Origin: a virus
Strand: one strand, 5' to 3'
IMG/VR virus record: IMGVR_UViG_3300028742_000001
Length of the DNA: 64,000 bases
Each line of letters starts with the position of its first letter. The first letter of the stretch is position 1. The position numbers and the translations under genes are program-made. Of this stretch, positions 56,800-64,000 are shown one piece after another. The notes under the pieces were generated by a model. That model saw only the letters and a program-made list of their open reading frames with translations. It was not told the DNA's origin and did not search any database.

Positions 56800-57921
56800 T
56801 CAACGACTTGACCAGGGTCCATAGGGGTAACTAGCCGAAATTTGGGCTGTGCCCCAACCGTTGTCCATGATACTTTGGCCTGGATAAAATCCATAGTCGT
56901 CCTGCTCGCGGTCGGCTTGGCGTACTGCCTTGTCGAGGGCTTCGAGGAAGAGCTGACGCTCCAGTTGATATTTAGATCGAATCTTCGGATCAGGATTGCG
57001 CCGATAGCATTCGGCAAAGAAGCCTTGCTTGAATGCCCATGCATAATCATCAGGGATAGGCTCAAGTGTCTGAGAGGTGCTCTTAAAGCGCGGAGCGCGC
57101 ATCTGAGCTTCGACTACGATCTGCCATGCCACACCGTTCTGAGGCGGAATGGGATTCAGGCGGAAGCCCTGGCCCTTCGGGTTGATCGCGGTCCATATGC
57201 AAGATCCGTCTGCTACTGTGGTAGCCACGGTGGTGGGAGCAGGGATCGTCGGATAGACCGGGTTCGTTGGCCAAGTCGGTTGCGTGTTGCCGCACGTACC
57301 GAAGGTCGTGAGGTTCCACAGGTTCCCGTTAGGGTCAGTGATGCAAGTCGTCGCGTTCGTAGGCTGATTCAGGATGCCGATAGGATTAGTATAGATTACG
57401 TTTGGACCGGGGTTCTGCAAGCCGCCGAGATTCGGGCCGATGTTGATCGTGTCGCCCTGAAGTTGAGTGGCGGTAGGGCCGAGGGGGTTCGCACCCCATG
57501 TGCCGGTCTGTAGCAGATCGTTCGGGAGCCAGCAAATCTTTCCTGGGTCAGAATTCTGCTCATACGTTACGTCAAGGTCTTTCTTGACTTCGAGCTGCTG
57601 CTTCTGCTTCGGTATGGATGTCTGGTTGATCTGGGATGCCCATGCATGCTCAAGCCACGCGACGTTTACGACGCCGGGCACGAAGTAGTCCTGCTGGTAC
57701 GAGATGGTCGTAAAGGTAGGAACGTTGGTGCGGTTCCACTTCCAGTTATACGGCTGACCGATAGGTCCGCCATTGATGATGTCCTGCATGACATCGTTCG
57801 CGATGGAGATGGCCGGGGCGTTCGAGAACCCGCCAGTAGCGAGTGCCGGTGATACATCTCCAAGAGATGCGGCGTCATCGATTATTTCTTGGAGCTCCAC
57901 ATTCGAGTTCTGTCCTGGCAT
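56800..57921 (-). CDS. Virion structural protein (373 aa)
   Basis: GGAG SD 5 nt before ATG57921. Confidence 0.75.
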   Translation of the reverse strand: MPGQNSNVELQEIIDDAASLGDVSPALATGGFSNAPAISIANDVMQDIINGGPIGQPYNWKWNRTNVPTFTTISYQQDYFVPGVVNVAWLEHAWASQINQTSIPKQKQQLEVKKDLDVTYEQNSDPGKICWLPNDLLQTGTWGANPLGPTATQLQGDTINIGPNLGGLQNPGPNVIYTNPIGILNQPTNATTCITDPNGNLWNLTTFGTCGNTQPTWPTNPVYPTIPAPTTVATTVADGSCIWTAINPKGQGFRLNPIPPQNGVAWQIVVEAQMRAPRFKSTSQTLEPIPDDYAWAFKQGFFAECYRRNPDPKIRSKYQLERQLFLEALDKAVRQADREQDDYGFYPGQSIMDNGWGTAQISASYPYGPWSSR

Positions 57922-57932
57922 TATGTCTCCAT

Positions 57933-57971
57933 ACAACAAAAGAGCCCTCGCACATAAAGTGTACGAGGGCT
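57933..57971 (-). terminator. Rho-independent terminator
   Basis: Minus strand reads AGCCCTCG-tacactttatgtg-CGAGGGCT followed by CTTTTGTTG. Confidence 0.75.
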
Positions 57972-57999
57972 GGTTGTTTCTTGATTCGTATTTCTACCA

Positions 58000-58680
58000 T
58001 CATCTCATGGTAGTGTGTCTTGTCTGTTCCCTGTAGAACGCACCGTTGTCTGAGTAACCAAACAACACGGAGCTCGACCCAGTATTACGGGTCGGGAAGT
58101 TGCAAGCCGTCTTATAGTCGGCATACGCGTCGAGATAGGCCTCGCGGTCGTCGCCGTAATCAGCAGCGATGGGCGGCTTCCATGTCTTGCCACAACGCAT
58201 ACAGCGGACGTTGATGTCACCGTTACAGAACGTGTGCTTCATGACTGCGTACTGCGAATCATCACCCTGTCCGCCAACATAACCGGCCTGGCCGTTTCCA
58301 CCTTTGCGGTGGTTGCACTTCTCTTCGCTCTTTTTCTGGGTGCGGTTCTTGTCTGCGATGGCCGCGCCATTGATACGCGCCTTAGCGCCATGATCGTTGG
58401 ACTTGAGGGCACGGTCGTCGAGACGAGCTTGGATGTCCTGCGAGTTGAGCTTGCGCTCTGCGATGGCGAGCTGGGTTTCTTCCTGCTGGAGACGAAGGGA
58501 CTCAAGCTGAGCCTTTGCGATCTCGATCTGAATCTTTTCCAGCTCGGTCGGCTCTGCGTTGAACTTGGGCTGTTCTTTCTCTTTAGGCTTCTCTTGCTGC
58601 TTCGGTGCTTCGATTGTCTGCTGTGCTTGTGCGGTAGTCGTGTTGATTCCCGCGATCTGTTCTAAACTCTTATCTGCCAT
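58000..58680 (-). CDS. Coiled-coil / Cys-containing virion-module protein (226 aa)
   Basis: N-terminal Gln/Glu/Lys-rich coiled coil. CNHRKGG..FCNGDINVRCMRCGKTW. Confidence 0.7.
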   Translation of the reverse strand: MADKSLEQIAGINTTTAQAQQTIEAPKQQEKPKEKEQPKFNAEPTELEKIQIEIAKAQLESLRLQQEETQLAIAERKLNSQDIQARLDDRALKSNDHGAKARINGAAIADKNRTQKKSEEKCNHRKGGNGQAGYVGGQGDDSQYAVMKHTFCNGDINVRCMRCGKTWKPPIAADYGDDREAYLDAYADYKTACNFPTRNTGSSSVLFGYSDNGAFYREQTRHTTMR

Positions 58681-58701
58681 TCATCCCTCCTCTGGGATTT
58701 G

Positions 58702-59349
58702 TTACATCGCGCCGACGCTGTTGCGATAAGCCGTGACCAGCGCGTTATATTTGTGGAACTGCTCTGTCTCTTTAGGTCTCCCGAAGAACTTGATTGCTTT
58801 CGCCTCGGAGATGATGCCTTTCAGGATGAGCTGTAGGAGCGGAGTGCGCCAACCGCGCCGACGCTCGGCCAATGGTGCACCGTGGTCGTCAAAGTTCATG
58901 ATGGATAGTTCAGGCATCTGCCCTATCTGCACCCAGCACTCGACTGTGGGTTCGGAGAAGCCATCTTTACCGATCAGCAAGTTTGCTTTGTCAGCATGTA
59001 AATGCTGTTGGTAATACGCGTGTACGCCAGCCTTACGCAAGAGAGTGATGAACTCTGTGTGCGCCATGACTCGCCCGATACGAGCGCCAATGTCAGCGTA
59101 CTCTTCAGGGGTCAACCACTGGTACTGCTTTGCAATACCGTCGCTAAACTCTTTCTGCTCGGCGGCGGCTTCTTTGTTCTGGTTGCTGATCTTGCTCTCG
59201 TCGATGTATGACCGTTTAGAGTATTCAGCGACGGCGGCTTCCAGGTCAGGGGCGAGACGCTGCTCCATCTCGTACGCGTACGACTCCCAAGGAGCCTTCT
59301 CACTCAGACGTGTACCCTGTCCGGTGTATACTGCTTCTTTCTGATCCAA
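58702..59349 (-). CDS. Hypothetical virion-module protein (215 aa)
   Basis: GAGGAG SD 6 nt before TTG59349. The 53 upstream codons of the track ORF look non-coding. Confidence 0.6.
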   Translation of the reverse strand: MDQKEAVYTGQGTRLSEKAPWESYAYEMEQRLAPDLEAAVAEYSKRSYIDESKISNQNKEAAAEQKEFSDGIAKQYQWLTPEEYADIGARIGRVMAHTEFITLLRKAGVHAYYQQHLHADKANLLIGKDGFSEPTVECWVQIGQMPELSIMNFDDHGAPLAERRRGWRTPLLQLILKGIISEAKAIKFFGRPKETEQFHKYNALVTAYRNSVGAM

Positions 59350-59535
59350 AGTCTCTCCTCTTTGGTGAATAAACAAATAACGTGTCTGCCAAACGATGAC
59401 GTTCGCGCGATGAACATTACACACCGTCGGCAGTACCTCCATACAGACTGGCCGGTCATATAGGAGATAAAAGTTCTCTGTCAGAGATAGCACCAGCAGA
59501 TAATCCATCCCTGGGTATGTAACAGAAAACGAAAC

Positions 59536-59853
59536 TTAGTCGGCAATGCGCTCAGCTACCGGGCTCGTGTGGCTCTCGTGCTCTCGCTGAAACTTCAGTG
59601 CAGCGATGCTACGCTCGATTATGATTGTATAATCCTCTGGGCCGATGGGTGGTTGAAACCCGCCACGCTCCCAGAGTTCCCTCAGTGCTTCTTGCGCTTG
59701 CACATCTACTTCGCAAAGGGCGGTAAACAACTCGTCAGCTTTCGCTCCGAGACGTTCCGACTTTCTGCGTAAACTTTTATTGACGGTTCGCAGGACTCTG
59801 TTATGGTGCCGGGTCGCAGTGCGAAGGTCTTCTGAACAATTTTCACATGCCAT
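59536..59853 (-). CDS. Hypothetical protein (105 aa)
   Basis: GAGGAG SD before the ATG. Confidence 0.65.
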   Translation of the reverse strand: MACENCSEDLRTATRHHNRVLRTVNKSLRRKSERLGAKADELFTALCEVDVQAQEALRELWERGGFQPPIGPEDYTIIIERSIAALKFQREHESHTSPVAERIAD

Positions 59854-59895
59854 AGTTGGCGGCTCCTCTTCCGCCTTTCTGGTTTGTCTTGTTGC

Positions 59896-59913
59896 TTACT
59901 TACTTACTTACTT
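59896..59913. repeat. Tetranucleotide microsatellite (TTAC)x4 = (GTAA)x4 on the coding strand, spanning the stop codon of 59908..60858
   Basis: Read directly. Places TAA in all three frames. Confidence 0.85.
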
Positions 59914-60858
59914 GACCACCGTGACGTTTACTTCTGCATAGACCTTATTGACCGGCAAGCCGTTCATAGGGTTTCCAGAAGAAACAATCGCAGGGATCGC
60001 GTTGTTGGCAAACGGATACGATACTTCAACCACACTTCCGCCAGTCACACCATTGGTAGTGATAAGGCCGGATGCGGATACGTTCAGTACCTTTACGCCG
60101 GTAGCGCCTACGGCAACGGGACTGGTCCCGCCGACATAAGACTGCGTACCGTCCACGAAGTAGGTAAGAGCATTGGTGCCACTCTCTTCTACAGTCGCAG
60201 TCGCCGCATGAGTCTCTGCTACAGCCGCCGAGTTGTCGACAGTAATCGTAGTCGCACCAGAGTTGGCTACGATCAGGAAGCTGCCGTTGTTCACGGTGTT
60301 AGTAACAAAGCCTGCAATCTCGACAGTCAGTCCGACGAGCGAACCTGTGGTGGCACTTGTGAAGGTACCGGTGTAGACTGCAACGTTAGGGGTACTGGTA
60401 GCGGTTCCCGCGTGTGTGTCAGCGACACCCAACGCATTGCTAAGCGTAATGGTGGTCGTGGTGTTGGCAGTGCATTCAAACGTGCCGTTGTTCGGCGCAA
60501 GGTCGAAGCCGGTGACGATGAATGTCTGTCCGACAAGACTACCAGCAGCCGGAGCGCTAGAGGTCGTGTAGACAGTGGAACCACCAGAAGCGGCAGCGGC
60601 GGCAGACAGGGTCTCGGTGAACTGAGCGGCTGCACTGGCGACGGAGGTCACAACGTATGCGGTACCTGGGGTGATGACGTTCCCGCCTGCATCCTCAAGG
60701 ACTGGATCAAGCTGGAATGATTCTGGGAAGCCGGTGCCCGACAGGGACAACGTTACATCGTTGTACCCAGGGGTAGTGCTCAGAGGGGTTTCATTTCCCT
60801 GAACCTTGATCGCTGCGGCTACGCCAAGACCAGTAGTAGGGGCTGGATAAAGAGCCAT
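59908..60858 (-). CDS. Ig-like head decoration / capsid fibre protein with tandem internal repeat
   Basis: AAAGGAA SD. Two roughly 58-aa repeats (TGSLVGQTFIVTGFDLAPNNGTFECTANTTTTITLSNALGVADTHAGTAT / TGSLVGLTVEIAGFVTNTVNNGSFLIVANSGATTITVDNSAAVAETHAATAT). Lies immediately after the capsid gene. Confidence 0.75.
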   Translation of the reverse strand: MALYPAPTTGLGVAAAIKVQGNETPLSTTPGYNDVTLSLSGTGFPESFQLDPVLEDAGGNVITPGTAYVVTSVASAAAQFTETLSAAAAASGGSTVYTTSSAPAAGSLVGQTFIVTGFDLAPNNGTFECTANTTTTITLSNALGVADTHAGTATSTPNVAVYTGTFTSATTGSLVGLTVEIAGFVTNTVNNGSFLIVANSGATTITVDNSAAVAETHAATATVEESGTNALTYFVDGTQSYVGGTSPVAVGATGVKVLNVSASGLITTNGVTGGSVVEVSYPFANNAIPAIVSSGNPMNGLPVNKVYAEVNVTVVK

Positions 60859-60885
60859 ATTTCTTATTCCTTTCGAGGTCTTACA

Positions 60886-60921
60886 GTAAAAGAATCGGCC
60901 CTCTGTTTTTACGAGAGGGCC
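60886..60921 (-). terminator. Rho-independent terminator after the capsid gene
   Basis: Minus strand reads GGCCCTCT-cgtaaaaac-AGAGGGCC followed by gattctttt. Confidence 0.8.
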
Positions 60922-60936
60922 AGAGTCTTAGCTGAT

Positions 60937-61968
60937 TTACGAAATCGCCGATGCAGCATCTATTTCGCGGATGCGGATCGTGGTGTCGGGACCGAGGCTG
61001 GTAGTGAAGTGAACCTTGTAACTGGTCCATCCAGGGATCAAACCTTCGGGGTCGGCAACGCTGTTAGGCGCATTCTGCGTGATGTTCGGCTTGATGTTGT
61101 TCCACTCGCCGTCACCGTACTCCGTGTCGCCCTGTGCTCCGAGCTTGATGGAGTAGATACCGTCACGACCGAAGATGTAAGTGCGAAGGGCGGTGAGGCC
61201 GGTGATCGCCTTATAGTTCGGAGTGGCAGTAACCTGATTCGACTGGAAGAAGCGGACGCCCGAGGACGGCAGCTCGATCATTTCGGTCAGGTCGGTGCTG
61301 ATGAGGTCTTCCATGCGCATGAGGCCGACCGGAGTGTGCTTCAGGATGTCGATGGGGCTGTTGTTGCTGACATCAGAGAGCACGTCGCCGAGAGCGAACG
61401 GATGGATGACTCCACAGAAGCTCTTGGAAGCTTCGTCAAACGGACGGACGGAGCGACCTGCGAGGCCCTGCACGGCGTTACGAATCTGGTTCAAGCTGAG
61501 AGTCGTAAAGCTGGTGGTGCTGGTCGCGGCAAGCTGCACAAGGACGCTAGAATCAACTGCGGTAGCGCCGTCTGCGGTTGCGCGAACGAGACCAGAGAGG
61601 GATTCGCCGAGGCGATATGCCATCTCACGAGCAACGTTCTCAATCGTGTTGTCAATCGCGGTGGCGAGAGACAGCGAGGAGAAGTTGGCGAAGTCGGCGT
61701 ACTCGCCGATGGTCGCGGTGGTATTCAGTACGGAAACAGTGATCGAGTTGCCGACAGTACCTTCCGTGGTCTGCGCAGTGTTCGCAGCCAGGGGCACGTA
61801 CATAAACATCTCGTATTGATTACCACTTTTGGTGGGTAGGTCGAGTCGTTCGGAGCAAGCTACGAAAGGCGTCTGAGCCTTAAGATTTTCTCGGAACTTT
61901 TTATCATAGAACTTTACAGTGGACTGAGGCAGATTACTCTGGCCATTTGCTGCTGGGTTATAAGCCAT
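60937..61968 (-). CDS. Major capsid protein (HK97-fold type, N4 gp56-like family suspected)
   Basis: 343-aa ORF after a scaffold-like gene, with a long leader before it and a strong terminator after it. Strong codon bias. Family assignment from memory only. Confidence 0.75.
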   Translation of the reverse strand: MAYNPAANGQSNLPQSTVKFYDKKFRENLKAQTPFVACSERLDLPTKSGNQYEMFMYVPLAANTAQTTEGTVGNSITVSVLNTTATIGEYADFANFSSLSLATAIDNTIENVAREMAYRLGESLSGLVRATADGATAVDSSVLVQLAATSTTSFTTLSLNQIRNAVQGLAGRSVRPFDEASKSFCGVIHPFALGDVLSDVSNNSPIDILKHTPVGLMRMEDLISTDLTEMIELPSSGVRFFQSNQVTATPNYKAITGLTALRTYIFGRDGIYSIKLGAQGDTEYGDGEWNNIKPNITQNAPNSVADPEGLIPGWTSYKVHFTTSLGPDTTIRIREIDAASAIS

Positions 61969-62258
61969 TATTGATACCTTTGAAACAACAACAATCTTGT
62001 CTTTTCATCTCCTCCCAGAGATAAAGCTGCTCGATTGTCGCCCAATGTGTTGTCATCTCATAGCTGTGTAATCCGACACAGTGTCAGCGATGGCCGTCCC
62101 AGGACTCGGGACCGCATTTGCCTCAGCACATAACTTTGGGAATGTGGAATCGTAATCCGACGACCCATTCATTCAAAACTTTCAAATATTGCAAAATTCA
62201 GGGGCCAACTTCTACGGTGCGGCCCACTACCGCTCGGGGCATTTATTCCCGAGGAGTC

Positions 62259-63299
62259 TTACTGACCGTTACGTGCGGCGCGGCGTGCGGTGGCTTCGGC
62301 CTCAAGCTTCTCCAATTTCTTGTTGAAGGCTGGATCTTTAGCGCGGCGACGGAGTTCGTCTGACGGCATCATCTCAACGGCCTTTGTACCGGTGTAGATG
62401 GTTTTCTTTCCTGCTGCATCCACGACTTCGTAAACGATGTCGCTGCCCGGCGCGTTGCTGCGCGGGGCTTCTGCGGAACTGTTGCGGCTGTTCAGTCCTG
62501 TTGGGATGTGCGCCGGAGCGTACACTACAGGGGTTTCCTCTTTAGCTTCAAGAGGCGGCGTTGGTGGGTCAAGCACAACTTGTCCAGGCTCTACTTCAGA
62601 GCTAGGAGTGGTCACGGACGGCGTACTGTATACGTCGTTCGATTCTACAAGAACTCCTGCGGCTTTCAATGTATCGAAGGCCTTGCGGAAGTTATCTCTG
62701 ACCGGTGCGAGGTCATATCGTACCATCCAGTTTGTCAGTGCCTCGAAGTTCTCGGGACACTTCACGTAGTCAGGAGTATCGGCTACGAAGGCCTCTGCTT
62801 CCCTCTGCGCCTTCATCTGAACGTTATCGGCCTGCAAACCCTGGATAGTGCTGACGAGCACGCTCGGCTTGACGCCAAACGTTGACTCCATCAAGAGGTC
62901 TCGCGCCTCTTCAAACTTTTCAGGGTCTTGCAAGTTACGGCTAATCTTAAAACGATCCTCATTAGAGAGCGTCCGAGGGGCAAATTCGAGTGGCGCAGCG
63001 TACCGTGTACCCTCTATGGGGGTCTCGTCGGTAATGCCGAGTCGATTCTTCTTCGTCTCCTGGCGGAGCTTTCTCAAGAGCAACGTTTGAGATTCTGCAA
63101 ACTTGGCGGGTAGCTCATCAGGTGTGGTATATTTGATGACCTGTACTCCGCCCATGGGACGGCCTTGTTCGTCCGTGGGCTGATATTCGTAACGCAGCTC
63201 AGGGAGAACTACTGGCTCCGGTGTTACCGGTGTCTCGACAACCGGGGCGTTCTCACCGGGAGTCTCAATGTTTTCTACTGGGTCGAGTATTTCACTCAT
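62259..63299 (-). CDS. Scaffolding-protein candidate (346 aa)
   Basis: Acidic, Pro/Glu/Ala-rich, helical. Lies directly upstream of the capsid gene. Confidence 0.6.
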   Translation of the reverse strand: MSEILDPVENIETPGENAPVVETPVTPEPVVLPELRYEYQPTDEQGRPMGGVQVIKYTTPDELPAKFAESQTLLLRKLRQETKKNRLGITDETPIEGTRYAAPLEFAPRTLSNEDRFKISRNLQDPEKFEEARDLLMESTFGVKPSVLVSTIQGLQADNVQMKAQREAEAFVADTPDYVKCPENFEALTNWMVRYDLAPVRDNFRKAFDTLKAAGVLVESNDVYSTPSVTTPSSEVEPGQVVLDPPTPPLEAKEETPVVYAPAHIPTGLNSRNSSAEAPRSNAPGSDIVYEVVDAAGKKTIYTGTKAVEMMPSDELRRRAKDPAFNKKLEKLEAEATARRAARNGQ

Positions 63300-63692
63300 T
63301 TAGAATGGGCTCTCCTCGAAGCCAAATTCATGGTCGTTCTGAACATCGTCTTGCGTACTGGCCGGTGCGCCCATGTCTATCAGGTGCTCGGTCATATCTA
63401 CAGGCGTCGGGTCAGTTGCTGTGGACGCGTAGATTGAAATCTCATGATTCATTCGGTTTATCACGCCGTCGTAGAAGAGAGCTCCGGCCTTTACCAACTT
63501 GTGTTTGTTCAGGACCATTGCGTCACTGTCACCAGGCTCATTGACGAAACTCATGATAAGTTTGTCGACTTCGCCGCGCATGATGCGGTTCAGGACTTTG
63601 AAACCTTCCGACGCGCTCAGGAGTACGAGCGCAGCTTGTTCTTGTGGGCTTATGATAACTTCTGGATCAAACTGATTATTGAACTCTTGCAC
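63300..63692 (-). CDS. Hypothetical virion-module protein (130 aa)
   Basis: GGGAGGGAA SD just upstream of GTG63692. The track start TTG63719 lacks an SD. Confidence 0.6.
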   Translation of the reverse strand: MQEFNNQFDPEVIISPQEQAALVLLSASEGFKVLNRIMRGEVDKLIMSFVNEPGDSDAMVLNKHKLVKAGALFYDGVINRMNHEISIYASTATDPTPVDMTEHLIDMGAPASTQDDVQNDHEFGFEESPF

Positions 63693-64000
63693 TATTCCCT
63701 CCCAGGACAGTGACGTCAAAGCGAGTGCCGTAAGTCTTTACGGTCTTTATAAGGGACTCCAACCCTAACTCTTCTCTGCGCTCTCATACTTGGATCAGGG
63801 GGTCGTGTAGGGCGCATCGCCCTTCTCACCTTGCCGTATGCAAGGATGCTTTCCCTGATCGTCTTGAGCACAACTAAAAAACTATGGCCCAAACCCAATC
63901 ACCGAGGGTTTGACTTAGCCCTACTCGATGTAGGGAACCTAGTGTTTTACTGCACCTCTGGAGTCGAACCTTCAATACCCAAAGGGTTGGCTTGTCCTGA

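Larger units (their letters stand above)
879..64000. mobile_element. Phage genome segment (prophage or phage contig); right end not reached in the window
   Basis: Contiguous phage gene content (integrase, replication, lysis, capsid, fibres, ejection proteins) in two convergent arms. The tRNA-like gene followed by an integrase fits an attL-type junction. Confidence 0.8.

Noticed and set aside
59380-59400. Sigma54-like TGGCA element upstream of 58702..59349.
   Set aside because: The -12 element is missing: TTAT sits where TTGC is required, at the correct spacing.
61009-61839. Very long antisense ORFs opposite highly expressed genes: 276 aa opposite the capsid gene, 59884..60720 opposite the decoration gene, 56842..57513, 25556..26215 opposite recA, and 9730..10326 opposite Rnl1.
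   Set aside because: Where checked (61009, 59884, 56842 and 25556), the antisense ORF is in exact codon register with the sense gene (same coordinate modulo 3). This is the pattern expected when sense codons avoid TTA, CTA and TCA. Their products are Arg/Gly/Val-rich and lack SDs, so they are a codon-bias artefact rather than overlapping genes.
63716-63898. Track ORF of 60 aa on the minus strand at the right edge.
   Set aside because: It is Arg-rich and has no SD. The region is full of hairpins (CCCTAC/GTAGGG, AAACCC/GGGTTT, CCGTAA/TTACGG) and looks regulatory or non-coding.
63940-64000. tRNA-like 3' end on the minus strand (GGTTCGACTCCAGAGGTGCAG).
   Set aside because: The T stem does not pair (only 2 of 5 Watson-Crick pairs around TTCGACT), and the 5' half would lie outside the window. 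This cannot be supported.
1-64000. CRISPR array or other long spaced-repeat array.
   Set aside because: Only short tandem repeats were found (6-, 9-, 10- and 4-nt units, at most 8 copies). There are no 25-40-nt repeats separated by unique spacers, and almost the whole window is protein-coding.

Overview
Almost the whole window is a dsDNA phage genome. It is probably an integrated prophage whose left junction lies at a tRNA-like gene (807-878), but it could also be a free or metagenomic phage contig. It is built as two convergent arms that meet at a bidirectional terminator near 30.0 kb. The left edge (1-880) looks like flanking or moron DNA: a hexamer microsatellite, a PEP-CTERM secreted protein and the tRNA-like gene. 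The left arm (+ strand, 0.9-30.0 kb) holds early and replication genes. These include a minimal tyrosine recombinase, an Rmf-like protein, a PD-(D/E)XK nuclease, two unrelated RNA ligases (T4 Rnl1-like and OB-fold DraRnl-like), two HAD phosphatases and HNH endonucleases. It also holds an SF2 helicase, an HhH-GPD glycosylase, a T7 gp4-like primase-helicase, a mini kinase-like protein, endonuclease VII, an AT-rich Mom/GNAT-like gene, RecA, a GH24 lysozyme, MazG and a metallophosphoesterase. The right arm (- strand, 63.7 to 30.0 kb) starts with a virion module: scaffold-like protein, major capsid, Ig-like decoration protein, a five-gene modular fibre cluster, a 1131-aa structural protein, and a 273/977/1190-aa ejection-protein-like trio whose last member carries a HELTHVWQ zincin motif. 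A lysis-like cassette follows, then a second non-structural block with a metallophosphoesterase, a DUF5664-like protein, an HNH-like protein, ribonucleotide reductase and a decayed HNH remnant. No DNA polymerase, terminase or portal is recognisable in the window. The strongest sequence-level signals are: (i) eleven exact cTTGACA-N17-TAnnnT promoters confined to the non-structural arms, several of which appear to give leaderless mRNAs; (ii) an RNA-repair-like gene set; (iii) compositionally foreign AT-rich inserts (Mom-like gene, HNH and Endo VII genes); (iv) recombination-prone identical junctions between fibre genes. All functional calls come from motif recognition by eye, because no database search was possible. 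I did not find one clearly delimited novel system; the findings are leads, not demonstrations.
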